A stretch of DNA of 54,944 nucleotides from Prorocentrum cordatum. Lineage: Eukaryota. The stretch lies in contig CAUYUJ010000196.1 in NCBI GenBank assembly GCA_963575745.1, positions 62,001-116,944 of the forward strand. Direction: 5' to 3'. The position numbers and the translations under genes were made by a program. This document shows, piece by piece, positions 27,400-40,300 of the stretch. The stretch's first letter is position 1, and every line of letters starts with the position of its first letter. The notes below the pieces were generated by a model. It was not told the origin of the DNA. It did no database searches and saw nothing but the letters and a program-made list of their open reading frames with translations.

Positions 27400-28450
27400 C
27401 CACAAGAGACCATCGAACATGTGGCAGCCCTGCTCGTTGGTCTTCAGCATGGTCTTACACCCCCCAAACATGCGAACTCGCGTTCCGTTGCGTTGCCCCC
27501 CAAGACCGTCACTACTGAGAGGCCGATTACTCTACGCCCCACCCTGCATCGAGCGCGCACACGTATCAGGGGGGGATCAGACGCCCATTGGGGCGCTGCT
27601 GCGAGAAACTGGCCAGCCCTGAGGCTCCTCGAGGTCCTTGCGCAGGCTGGCCAGTCCACTCTTGCGGGCTGCCCCCTGTCGCAACCATGGATTATAGACT
27701 GTCATTGGTATGGTATGCTAGAGGCACACCACTACCGGGCACCGAGAGTACCCATGTCAGCATGCGCGGATGACTCGACCCAGCGCGCCCAGGGCTCTGC
27801 GCAGGACATTGCGTCGAAGCTGGCGCCAGCTGCTCGTGAGTTACGCGAGCTGCCCAAGAAGCGTGGATGCAAAACTTCAGTCCAAGTCCTGTTGCGTTGC
27901 CTCTTCGCAGAAGGTTGGCCGCCTTTTCAAGCTTTCTGCGATGAGCTGATGTTTCCGCTCCACGTTGCTGAGACGGCGACGGTTCTGGGAGTTGGAACCA
28001 CCACGGGGAGGAGTAGGACGACGTGGAAAATGAAGCAAACAAAAGAGGAGGCTAGCCGCCGCGCTAAACAATTGACATTCCTTGCCCACGCCGGCACTCG
28101 CGCGGGGGGACTGTTCGAGCCCGGGTTCTAGCCGTGGGATGATGGAGTCATCGACCACTCCGCGCCCATCCTTCCAGATGCGACAATTGAGATCTCAAGC
28201 CGCCGAGGCGTCTGGGTGTCAACCTGGGCGTTGCACCAATACTCTCCCAGCCATGGACCACGCAATGTCCGACGACACCGCGTGCAAGATCAGACATGAC
28301 CACCTTCTAAAATAGAGCAGGACCTCGGAAGCCCTCGTCCCAAGTCACGCGCGCAGCGTGAAAGCTGCGTGGCATCATATATTAGAAAGACTTCGAGGCG
28401 CCCACCCAAACTCACCGGTGGCGTCGCGTTCGGGGGCCCATCGCGACCGC
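27400..28450 (+). pseudogene. Decayed non-LTR reverse transcriptase fragment
   Basis: Ordered RT-like remnants: LPPK..TERPITL..TLHR, LAGCPLS, SACADDS, VLGV.TT.GRSR, and downstream GRCTNT. Internally deleted and mutated. Confidence 0.6.
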
Positions 28451-30267
28451 CATCGCGCGCGCGCTCTGGAACTCAACAGGGAAGCCTCGGAAACTCGTGA
28501 ATGGGTTGTTCCTGGGGCCGCTTTGCACGTTGATCGGCGCGATGCCCCTTATTCGATTTGAAAATTGTTCACGGGCAGATTCGCGCTATAGGGGGCAAGT
28601 GTCTAAAGCGCACGGGGGCCAGCGCGGTCAGGAAAGCGTTTCTTTGAATTTGCTGAGGAAGCTGCGCAGCTCCCGCGCCACGCCAAGATACCGCGCGGAG
28701 TGTTTATTTGGAACAACCTTGCTGCAAGTGCCCAGTGGGCCGAGATGCACCTGAAAGACGCAAGCTACCTCAGCGATGGGAAACGCAACCGAACCCCTGG
28801 CACAGGCATTGGGAACGTCAGCGATGGCCGCATTGATGGTGATTTTACCAACCGAACCGCCCAAGTGTCCCAAGGTTCCCACGGCAACGCGTCTGAGTCT
28901 GAATGTTTCCAGACCCAAGGTCTCGCCCCCCCTTGGATGAACCCTCGGGCCCTCCCCCCGCAGAAGTCCGCGTCTGGGACGGGGGGTCTGTTCGCGAAGC
29001 TCTGAGAAGAGCATCGACGCACTAGGGGGAAGTTGCGGCAGCGATGGTTCTGGGGGGGGGGGGGGCATGCAAGATTCGAAGCTGAGGAGGTGTTCCTGGT
29101 CCTTAGTCCAGCTGCGCCCACGTTCTCTGCAGGTATCAAGCGTCACTGGCGGCGCGCTTCCTGGTGAGGACGAGCTCTATATGCAGTCATTCAGATGTTG
29201 CGCCTGGCCGAAGCCGATTCACTGTTGCACGCGGGTTATCTCCCTTGCGCGCGTGTTGCGAGCAGAATGGGAATCGAGGTCAGCGACTCGAGCATACTCG
29301 ACCTTTGGCAGTAGATCGATGATTTGATGACCTGCAGGGCGGGGGAATTTGAAATGCGCCAGCGCCAGGGTCAGACGCCTTGGAGAGAGACTGCCGCCTG
29401 CGGCCTGGGGTTAATCTCCAACGGCGTAGCTGCTTACTTTGCGGGGGGATCTGCAAAATGAGGTCCGTCCAGAAGAATGAACTACTGAATTGCAGATTGC
29501 CTCCCATTGATGAAGATGCCCCCGCTCTTTATCGGCAGGTCGTCCCTTGCTCGCCAAAAGGCGCGCGCGGATAGATTAAGCAGGGGGCACCGACGAGAGA
29601 AAACGGCCCACGTCGACGAATATCCACACAGAGAGGCTTACCCAGCAAGCCCCGCGCGCTGTCAAAGCCGGCGGCGCGTTTACATGTGCTCGTTGTTTGT
29701 GCCGTCAAACAATTATTGCGGCATCTGGCCTGCTCGGTGCCCTGGGGCACTCCACGGCAAAGGTTGGTCGGGCACCTCTCAGGCGACGGGCCCGACCCTG
29801 GGGAACCCGAGTGGGCGTGCGCGCGTCGGCCGTGAGCATTCGACGCATGTTATGGTTGCGTTCAAAGGTGTTTTGGTTTGTGTCGGAGATGCGGGAGTTG
29901 CGCGGTTCGCCCGGCGCAGAAACTGACCCAGTCTTGCCCCCCAGGGACGCCTGCCACGGGCGCGCGCTACATCGACAAGCTGGCTGAGAGCAAGCCCCCA
30001 TAAGAACGGCAGGTCCTTCCATGCTCCGCAAGCGACTTGTCCAAGGGCCGAGCTTGCGCTCGTTCGCCCCTGTTTGCTGGGATCGCTGGAATCTTCTGCC
30101 CCCCCGCGCCAATGGGAACCTCCGAAAGCAACTGGATCCGCCACCGTGCCCCTGGCACGTTGAGGCGTGGACGAATGCCAAATCTGCCGAGGTCTCCCAA
30201 AGGGCCGCCCCTCCCTGTACTAGCAGACTCTCGCGCGCATACCCCCGCACTCATCAAGGCCGCTTTC

Positions 30268-30890
30268 TTCGCGCCCGCTCGAGGATGGCGCGCCTCGCGC
30301 ATGGCAACTAAAGCCTGCGCCACCTGATCCACGCGCGCCTGCTCGAGGATGGTGCAGCCCCCGCGCGGCAGCTATTGCCTGACCCCCCCCCCATCCACGC
30401 GCGCCTCTTCGAGGGCGGTGCACCCCCCACATGGCAGCAATACCAGAGCATCCTTCCACGCGCGGCCGCTCGAGGATGGTGCACTTCCCGCATGGCAGCT
30501 ATGCCTGGGCCCACTTCCACGGGTGACTGCTCGAAGATTGTGCACTTCCCGCGCGGCGGCAAATGCCTGGCCCCCCATCCACGCGCGCCTGTTCGAGGGC
30601 GGTGCACTTCTCGCTTCCCGCATGGCAGCTACTGCCTGAACCCTCATGCCATGCGCAACCGCTGGGCGACGGCGCACTTCCCGCGTGGAAGTTATGCCTG
30701 AATCCCCTCCCACGCGTGACCGCTCGAGGATTGTGCACATCCAGCGCGGCAGCTATTGCCTGAACCTGCCAGTCCACCCGCGCCCGGCCGAGGCTGGCGC
30801 AGTTCCCGCGCGGCAGCTAATGCCTGAACCTCCCTGTCCACGCGCGCCCACTCGAGGATGGTGCACTCCCAGCATGGCTGCCGCATCCCA
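30268..30890 (+). repeat. Degenerate tandem array, ~10 copies of a ~62-bp unit
   Basis: Consensus-like unit CCACGCGCGCCTGCTCGAGGATGGTGCACTTCCCGCATGGCAGCTATTGCCTGA + C-rich linker, recurring every ~61-70 bp. Confidence 0.9.
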
Positions 30891-30929
30891 GGCCCCACCT
30901 GTCGGGCAGGTCTTGGCCGCGAGGGCGGA

Positions 30930-31360
30930 CCCAAGAGACGAGTTGATCCGCCACCGCCCCCCCCCGCCCCAAGACGGCAGGGGCCAACCCCCCTCCTGAA
31001 GGGGGGGTGCCATTTCCGTTTGTCGACCACCGCCTGCGAGAGGCCAGCCCATCGCCGTTGAATCGCGTCCACCTGCGCTCGAGATTGTCAGAGCGCGCGC
31101 AAGTTACAAACCAGTCGCATGATATAAGCTGTCCAGCGGCGGCGTCGCAGGCAGCCGCGTCGAGGCGGGCTTCCTCCAACTCCCAAATGGCAGCGTCAAC
31201 GCGGTCCCAAGCCGGGGCCCGCTCTTCGGCGACCGCCACGCAACCGGTCTGCGCGTGGTGGAAGAGCGCGCTCCAGTCTCGGAGGTCGTTGTTGCGGTGG
31301 TCGCGAGACCCCGCGCAACCGCACTTCAAGGGGTGCCAGCCATTCGCGTCTAAGGGCGCA
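30930..31360 (-). pseudogene. 3' fragment of an RLE-type (CRE/R2-like) non-LTR retrotransposon: zinc knuckle + restriction-like endonuclease
   Basis: LDANGWHPLKC.CAG.RDHRNNDLRDW (H..C..RHN..RD pattern), EE.APAWD, EEARLD, CDWFV, then a frameshifted AVVDKRKWHPP (K..Y region). Confidence 0.62.
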
Positions 31361-33339
31361 CCTTCCTCCTCGCCCCCACTCCCCCTCCCCCTCCCCCTCC
31401 CCCGCCTCCTCCTCTTCCTGCTCCTCCTGCTCCCCATCCTCTCTCTCCGCCCCCTCCTCCGTCTCCCCCTCCTTCCTCCACCGCCCGCCCCATGCCGCGA
31501 GCCTGCGGCGTGGCCATCAGCTCGTCGTCGTCGCGGTCGTCGTCGTCGTCTTCCTGGATTGGCGGCGCAAGCCCTGAGGCCTTCGCAGTACTGTTTCAAA
31601 ACGGCCCAAGTTTCTCTTCCCAGAGAACACAAAGGAGCCACGAGAGGAACTCAGACAGGGTCTGAAACAAATGCATTGAGCGCAGGTGGGTGTTTGGGTG
31701 AGTTTGGCACTCTCGCCTGTTCAAGTTTGTCTCCAATGACCCCGCTCGGCTCGCCGCGCACGTTGCGCTCGCCAGCGAGAGACAACACAGAAACGGCGAT
31801 GCGGCCTGCAGCCGCCGACGTTGAGCGCGCTCGATAAACGGCGCTCATGGGCGGACACTCGTAGCGTATGCGGGGCATACGGGCAACAGGCGATGAACGC
31901 ATGCAGCAGGAAGGAGGAGAAAGAGAAAGAAGAAGAAGAAGAAGGTGAAGGATGAGGAGGAGCCTCGCTCACTCACCTGAGGGCCTTGAGGCTCGACTTA
32001 GAGAAGAATGCAAAAGCGACCCCCCCCCCCCCCCCCCCCCCCCCCCTAGCATGCGCGCGCGGAGGCGCGGAGAGGGCGTGGCTTCCAGGGGCAAACGAAA
32101 GGGCCCGTCCAGCGCTCGCCGCGCACTGGACGGAGCAATTGCGTCAGCGGGGTTCGTGCAAGCGGGAACGTGACTGTGCCCGATCACACAGCCACAGACA
32201 AACAAAAAAGGTCGGGTGGGCTACCCCCGCCAGCGTCGCGTCGGGCGAGGCACATCCTCGGACGGGGGGGTGCCCATTCGGGTGCCCAGCCCGGGCCAAC
32301 TTGCCTGCAGCGCGCGCGCTGCGTCCGACCACCCCCCTCGCCCACGCCCCCCCCCCCCCCCGCCCCCCCCTCGTTCCCGTCCCCCGCGGACCCCCTGAGG
32401 GGGGTTCAATCAGGCGGGCGCGCGCTGAGGGCGCGCGCGCCGACTCAATTGACAAAGAAACTTAACTTCGCGACTCGGCCACCCGCTCCTTTCATGGAGG
32501 AACACCAGGCAACGTGCACCTGGGCAATACAGTCGGACAAATCTACTTAGCTGTGGTTGTGGCCCCCTGCTGTGTCCAGATAGGGGGCCGATCCGACCGC
32601 GGCGGGCGACCGCGGCGGACGCGCGCCACGCGGGGCGCGGCCGGGCGGCGCGCGGGCTAGACTTCGGCCCGTGCTGCCCGGCCAACGCTGCCCTGCCGGG
32701 CACTGGCGCCTCCTGCTGAGCCGGAGATCCATCCAGCTCAAGAGAATTGTAGTAAGCGTCGCCGCCGTCGCCTTCGCCAGCGTCGACGTCGTCGCCGCCT
32801 CGGTTCAATCCTGCCCCATCGGCCCACCTTGCAGCATGAGCTGTGAAGAAAACCTAGCGCGGCGCGCGGTATCTCCGCGCAGCTGTCTTCCACATTCCTG
32901 CTGGATTGATCTTTCGACCTCCTTTCGGAAAACCGAGAGCGTCGTGCAGGGCACTCCAGGCAGCGCGGCCCGCAGAGGGCGCGGCTGGCAACCCGCGCCC
33001 CAAGGTGCGAGCGGGGACCTCGACTGAGTTCTTTGTCCCGTCGAAGACCCACCAAGCCTGCGGTGGCGCGCGGCGCCCGCCCAGGCCGCGTCAGCGCAGA
33101 TCGCAAGCCGCGCGCTGGCGCGACCCCGCCCGCGGCAGTCGCCAGCCACCAGCGGCGGCGGCGCGGCGACCCAGCCGGCGGCGCCGCCGCGAGGCCGAGT
33201 CACCCGCGGGGGGGGGGCTCGACGCCGCGCCGCCCTAGGGCCAGAGGAAGGGCCCCTGGCAATCGGGGCGGGCCTTGGGGCTGGCTTTCTCGGAGTCGGC
33301 CAGCGCCGGGTTCCCGAGCCTCGACGCCAGACGACGGAG

Positions 33340-34330
33340 GTCTTGCGGCGCCCCAAGGAGAGCCACCGACGGAGCGACCATGTCGACTTTCATGGGCCCC
33401 CCCCCGCAGCTGAATGCCAAGTTCATCATGCCATCGCCGTCCAAATCCACGGCCTCCTAGAGGAAAGCGTTGAAACTAGAGACCCTTCTATCTACGACTA
33501 ACTGCCCCAAGATTCGCTGGAAAACGCTGTTCTCAATGACGGCGAAAAATTTGCCCTCTGTCCATTTGCACGTTCAGCGGAGCGTGGGTCCTCGGTCACG
33601 TGCGCCTCGCAGTCGCTGAACACTGCGCGCTGCAGTGTGCCCGCGCTCTTCGACCGATCCTGCGGACTGTCGGTCCACTCATAGTCGGTCCACTCATCGC
33701 CATGGTCGAAATACGAAGCAACGGTCTGGATCGGGCTCGCTCCGTCAGCTCTCGCTTCGCGCACTGGCGCTCAGACAGATTCCGTATATTCTGCTTCTGA
33801 TCGTCGAATTTCAACCCGTCCATCGTGGCCTCCACGAACATGGCGGCCATCGCACTGAAAAACATGATGGCGATGGTGAGCGGGGTAGCCGCAACGAGGA
33901 CTTCGCCGTGACTCTTGGGGCCGAAGTCCACAAGTTCGCTGGGGTGCCCCGTCGTCTTGCGATGTTGGCACGTAAGGTGCGGCGCTCGGGACATTCCAAA
34001 AACCTGGTCTGAAATTAGGCCACCGCCCTCCGCCGCGCGCGCAGGGGCGCCCCGTCTGCTGTCTTGTGTCCGTCGAAGACTGCGACTGCGAAGAACGCCC
34101 CAAGAAGGTTCTTGTCGGCCGCGGAGAGAGACTCTGCGTAGAGCTTGAAAGATCTGCCCGGGAGCGCGCCAACGTCGACTTCGTCGATCGCCTCGGACCC
34201 CCGCCTGGTCTGATGCGCGATCTGCATGCGTCGCGCCCGACAGATGGCTCGGATGATGTGCTGCTCCCGCTTCGCATGCCGTTCTTCGCCTGGTAGTTGC
34301 TCCCAGAAGCGCCCTCGCGCATCTGCCGGC
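33340..34330 (-). pseudogene. Decayed voltage-gated ion channel fragment (S4-S6 + EF-hand)
   Basis: IIRAICRARRM (S4-like), LLGAFFAVAVF (S5-like), IMFFSAMAAMFVEATMDGLKFDDQKQ (S6 and post-S6), DLDGDGMM..CGGGPMKVDMVA (EF-hand and C-terminal motif). Spread over several frames. Confidence 0.6.
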
Positions 34331-34939
34331 CCATGTGCCAGTCGGTGTACTGTGGTCGTCGTCACCTAAGACCTAGGACCTCGAAGAGACGCCCGCGATC
34401 GGCTGAAAAGCAGATATGGCTGAGACACGTACTCTGCGCATGTGCTACCATTGCTGTGTCAACAAACTGAGACCACATCAACTTCTCGTGTCTGGCTGTC
34501 CGAAAGGCCTGGAGAGCAGCCGAACAACATAGATGGCATTGTACCCTCGTGCACCGCCGTCGACCATGGCGCCGCAATGTGGCACCTGTCCGCTGAAATT
34601 GGAGGGTGAAAGAGGGGGTCTGCAACAGGGGGTTTTCAATGGGGGCTGAATGGCCCATGTATGCTCAATGTATCGCTCATGTATGTGAACGGGAACGATT
34701 GGCATCCAATGTTGGCGGTCATTGAGGGCCGGTCGTTCGTGCCCGCGCGTTGCCCGCGCGGGCACGCGCGCCGTCCATCCATTATCGTTCATGCGTGCGG
34801 GGGTTCTTAGATATTGCGCGTGGGGCAGCGAAGTGGAGTGCAAGTGTGCCTTGATTGTGCGATTGATGATCGTGTATGTTCCCAAGCGATGACTTCTCGA
34901 CCCCCAAGACAGATTTGGAACGGGGGCCTCTTTTCTCCC

Positions 34940-35162
34940 AAAATGTGAATTCACATTTTCCTTTTTACCAAAATGTGAATTCACATTTTCCTTTTTCCCA
35001 AAATGTGAATTCACATTCTGGCCCCTTTCATAAAGAATCCTACACATAATTCCAAAATGTGAATTCACATTTTCCTTTTTTTCCAAAATGTGAACTCACA
35101 TTTTCCTTTTTCCCAAAATGTGAATTCACATTTTTTTTCCCCACAATGTGAATTCACATTTT
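34940..35162. repeat. Array of 7 copies of a 20-bp perfect palindrome at ~30-bp period
   Basis: AAAATGTGAATTCACATTTT at 34940, 34970, 35000, 35054, 35085 (one mismatch), 35115 and 35143. Linkers are CCTTTTT(T)CC, with one longer unique insert after copy 3. Confidence 0.95.
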
Positions 35163-36599
35163 GCCCTGGCCTTCAAGATCCCCAACGCTGAGGCGTTGTG
35201 TTCCGCATGTCAGATCGTCTGGGCAGATTTCGACACTCACCTGACCGCTTTCGTGTGTTCCAGCCTTTTCTTTTTGCGCCCCCAACGCACGTCGCCTTCG
35301 TCGCCTTTCCCGAGCCCCCCGGCCCCTTGCTTCCTTTCCTTTCAAGTCTCGCGCATGGGTGCAGGCGGGGGGCTTCCATTAGTTCCCCCGCCGAACACAG
35401 CACTCGAGGATGCATCGCCCATTCATGGCCCATAAAGACATCATTGCCGGGACCCTGCGGCCGACCCCCACCATCACCCTCCAATGAAATTGCCGCGCGC
35501 AACTTCTTCGCCGGGTCGCCGGGGCAAGCTCCGAGCAGTGGCGGGCGCCATGTCCACGGGGGGCGGATGTAGAAAACTTCTAGCCGTTCGCGTGCTTCAG
35601 ATGCTCCTGGGACGGAGCCCAGGGTGCGCGCGGCCGCGCATGGCGTCTCCCGTCTTCCACGCAGGCCGATGGGGTGCTCTGGGCCGAACGGGCGGACCAC
35701 GAGACCCAGGTGCTCGACCAGCTTGGATGCGTCCTCATCCGTCGCCAACGTTCGGCGATAACCTTGGCTCTCAACGAAGCCGACCTCTCAGTCCAAAACT
35801 GCTGAGTACTGGAGGCCATCCTGCAGAAGGTCACTGTTGGCTGCGGTCATCGACTACGCATAGGGGTGACCCTAAGATAGAATGACCTTTGGCGCGCGGC
35901 TTCAAGGGCGCCCGCGGGGGCCCCGCGCAATCGCGCAAGCCGGCGCTGCCGCGCCGCATCAGCGATCGGCGGGCCGCCGCTCGGAAGAAATTTTGCACCG
36001 GCGGGCCACCGCGGAATTCCGCCGATTGAGTTCGAGCGCCCCGAATGGCACTTCGAAAGCGCTGCGAGAGCAAACGCTGCCGGGGGCCACCGCGATGAAG
36101 TCTGGCACTGCCGGGCTATCGCGATGGCGTCTGGCCAGGCTCGGCGCCATGAGCCATGGCCAGAAAAAAACCGTCCGAGAGTCTGGAATGCGTTTGAATA
36201 TCTTTTGGATAGTAAAGATCCGCATTGGTTCGGAACGCTCAAGCATTTATAATCAAAGATATCCAAGGACACCCAAATATATCTTAAAATATCCAAAGGT
36301 ATATGAAGCAGACGTTTCGGGATTTGGGCTTGGATTCGGGGCTATTCCTGGGCCAGAAAACGCGCCGTTTGGTTGACGGGCCCCCACTCGGGCAACCAAT
36401 GCAAGCTGCAAGGCGCGACGCGCATGCGTGGCTCTCGATTGCAAGGGGCGGGAACGAACCTGGCGCGCTCAGAGGCGAGCGTAATCACGCGATGCGGGTG
36501 CCGACGCGAGGCCAAGCTCAGTCCGCGAGAAAAATGACCCGCCCCCATTTGGGCCAGCACCAAAGGTCACTCCGGCGAAGGGTCACTCTTACGCGCAGT

Positions 36600-37300
36600 C
36601 GAATTCAGAAGGCGATCGTCCACGCACGCCCGGACACTGACTGGCTCCTAGGGCGCGAGGCTGGACCATCGCTGCTGGCGCAACACTATCACCTTGAGGC
36701 AGGCCGCGGTGGGGTCTGATGGGCGGTGCTACCGCGCCTGAATCACTAAAATGTCTGGGGCCGTTCCCCGCTGCCAGCGATGTGAGAGCAATTGGGTCGG
36801 GCGCCTCAGCTGCTCGTAATGCTGCTTCCCCAAAATGATGCTCAATATTGTCATGTACTTTCGTAAAATCCAGCTCCGCCCCCGGCATCCGTCTGACTCG
36901 CTTGCTCGAGCCAAGCCGTAATCGCATGGGCGCAGGAGACGCCCGCCTCGCTGGTCAGCGCATTGATTGTCTGGGCCGTCGGGAAGCACTGCTGAGAGGG
37001 CTGTCAACCAGCAGCGCAGGATAATACTTCCCATATGTATTGGGCCTCCATCGCACTCCCATTTCGGGAAATCAACACCCCTTCAGGGGAAAAAGCACGT
37101 CCAGCACGTCCTGGTCGAACTTGGCACGCCGTTGTACGCGCCACTTGTTTGTCGCCACCCAGGGCGCGTAGAGCTCATGGAAGAGCGCCAGGAAGGTTCG
37201 TTTGATCAACTTCAACTCCTTGGAGCTCCAGGCGTCGAAGCCAGGGCTGCCATGGGACAGCCTAGTCGCCTTCTCTAAAGTTTCCAAAGATGGGTGCGCT
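36600..37300 (-). pseudogene. Decayed non-LTR reverse transcriptase fragment
   Basis: SPGFDAWSSKEL (linker-like), then ELDFTKVHDNIEH (LD..KAFD equivalent) and PIRPHRGLPQGDSVAP (RG.PQG motif). Confidence 0.65.
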
Positions 37301-40300
37301 CTTCGGGAACACCACGTTGCGGCACCACCCTGTCCACTCGCGAAAGTGATCAGCAGCTGCATGCGCCGGTGGGTGCCGCTGCCGTTCCCGGGTCGTTCTC
37401 ATATCCGCAATAATTCCATTGGCGCCGTCGGTAGCGTGCGTCTGATGAGAGGAAGTGGCCAGCCTGTGCAGGTCTTGAGACCGCGAGGCAAAGCGGGAAC
37501 ACCACTCCTTTGACTTCTGTCTCTGGATCTTCTGGTTTTCGCAAATGATGCCTGACGGCGTCGCTCCCAGGGCGTCGAAGTATGTCGGATCGACTGCGGC
37601 TTTTACCTGGGGTGCCTCATCCCAGGCCGCTTGCGCCAGCTGGCTATGGTGACGAGGGATAATTTATCATCGGGGCGGCCAATGCCATCTGGTCTGACGT
37701 GGGCAATGGGACGCCAGTGTAGACCTAACAGCCTGCGAAGAGCAATAGTCGGGTACTCCCTCCACGCGCCTATGGTAGTCACAGGTCTCCCCGATGGGGG
37801 GGGGGCTTTCTTGCGTCCGGGCCCTCTGTTGACGATGGCGTAGTCGGCCTCCACCAGCAGCCGCGTAGCTTGCCCGGCACTCCCGCACCAGTGCTTCCAA
37901 AGACCCGCCAGCGCGAGGTCGTCCAGCTCAGGGGAGCTGAGAGGGGAGATCTTGGCACCATGTAGATCCGCGAGCCGTTTCATCTCCTGGTCGCCCGGTA
38001 TGTTCTCCAGCACGCACAGGGCAACGCGGTGGCATGCAGGGATGTCCATTCGGCATCGTGCCAGCCCAGGGCGCGGAATACCAGACGCTAGAGTCATCCC
38101 CATCGCAGCGTGGAAGCGTCGCCCCCAAGGAACCGAATAGGCAGCGCCGCGCGCGGGTCGTGGCTCGAGTGGATGTCGCGGCGAGGCCAACGGCCCCAGT
38201 CCATCCAGGTCCAAAGATGCGTCGGCGACCTCCCCTCCGAATAAGACCACCAATCGCCACTGTCGGAAGTCCGCTGGTCGAGATTGAGCGACTGTAGTTC
38301 TCGTGTCGGGGGGGTCAAATTTATATCGGGCGCGATGGGGCCATGGGCCGAGACGCAAGTGCACTGCTGAGTGCGCAAGCCGAATAGCCGATGTCCCAGG
38401 GCGCAATCATTGATAACTGAAGCCCCACCCAACTTCCGACGCCAAAGAATGGCCGCGCCGCCGCGGCCAACAGCGCGCGCAGTGGAGGGGGGGGGGGGGG
38501 CGAGCAGGCGCGCCCCCGTCCTCGCCGTCCAGCAAAATCCAGGATCAACCTGGGTCGCTTTGACTGTTGGCGGATCACCCGCAGCACGATCGCGTCGCCA
38601 TCTGGGCCCGCGAGGTCCACGATGTGCTCGAGTCGGGCCTTGGACGGGCTTGCAGCGCTGGTGGTCAGGAGGCGGCGGCTGGCTGCCACTGGCTCGTCCG
38701 AGCTTTCGTCTCCACCGCCCCGCAGGAGGCCGCGCTGACATTGCATGTCCGAATCCATCGCCTGTCCCCCCTCAAGCACTTGAGGCCCGCAAGGGGGAGC
38801 TGGTTTACTCGGGGCGACCTAGCGAGAGGGATAAAGCGAGGGCGGCGACGTGACATGGTTCTCCAACGGGCTAGGCGTTCTGACAGGAAATTTCGGAATC
38901 GCGTGCCCCAATCAAGCACTCGAGGTTCGCCAAGGGGGGCGGGTCGACCCCGGGCGACCTGGCGAGGGGGCAAAGTGGCCAAGGCGACGCGGCGCGGTTC
39001 TCCGGCGGTCCAGAGATGCGCATGTTTGACATGACTGAGAAACCATGCCCACCAAGTAGATCAGACGGCCCCCCCCCAGCTCGACGTTGCCGCGCCCGCC
39101 CAGGGGCATGCGCAGGGCGGGATAATCGCGGCGAGGCAGCCGCTGGGCGCCCCCTCAAACAACGCCGCTCCCATTCCCGCATAGCGAGTCGTGCTTTGTT
39201 GGCCCGGTAGCGTTCTCAAGCGCGCTCGGCTCGCGCGCCTGGTCCGTTCGCTTTCTCCCTCTGCTTGTCGACGACGCGCTGCTTCACGAGCGGCTTTTCC
39301 CGCCAAGCTTTCGCCGCCTGCTTGGCTGACGCGCGCGCGCTGGAGCCCCCCCGCCCCCATCGCGCCGGCAAGCGACTCGATGGTCTTGGGCTCCTTCTAG
39401 TTCTCTCTGGCCACGAAGATCCCCCTTCTCACGTCCACAAGCGCGTGTCTCCCAACGTCGTCGGCAGGCGTACTCCGTGGACTGCCACTTCGCCCCAACC
39501 GCGGCGCGGGCGCCGCGCCCCGGCGGAATTCAGACAACACCCTGGGCAGGGGGAGATGGACGTTGATACCAGGCTTGGCGAAGGCGCCAGGCCTTCGCCC
39601 CCTCGCCTCGGCGCGGGCCACGGTCGCGAGCTGCATGGCGCAGAGCCGCTGGGCAGCAGGCGCCTCGCCAGGAGGAGTCTCTCCTGTGTAGTAGCGACAG
39701 TGCACTCGAACTTCCTGGGCCCTTGCCCACGCCGTAGCTTTCGTGGCCCCCCTCCGCACTTCGGGCAACGAAAGTGAGCCGCCTTCTCGCGCTTGTCTGG
39801 GGTCCTGTACTCAGGCCAAGGTCGTCGTCGTGATACAAGTCGCCGGAGAGGCCCTCGAAGTCCGCGTCGATCTTGGCTGGTGCTTTGGGGGGCGGTCGGC
39901 GCGAACATAGGCCCGGCTCGTCTGGGGAAGCCGGGCGCACTCTGAGTCTCAGGCCCGCAGGGGCCGAAGAGGCTGAGGGCAGATGCTTCGCGAGTGCGTT
40001 GGAGCGCCCCACTTGAGGCCGACCCTGTCGAGCGGCCTCCACCCATGAACGCGTCTGGGCACGGGGGGGGAGGGGGGCGGCCCCCCAAGCCCCTGCTCGG
40101 TGTCCCCGCCCTGGTCTGTAGCCGTTGATGCCTTCCACTGCAGCAGTCTGCACTGCGATTTTGCCTTTGAGGGTGACCCAAACAGCCTTCCTGCATCTTG
40201 CACTTCGCGCCGGGGCCCGCGGGTGGAGCCCGTCTGCCTTCAGCGAACTTCAACGTGCAGGCGTCGACCCTCGAACTCATGGAGATGGATCGGACCCCCA

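Noticed and set aside
34940..35162. CRISPR array interpretation (also considered for the 101-bp and 90-bp arrays)
   Set aside because: There is no series of unique equal-length spacers, no cas genes, and the context is eukaryotic.
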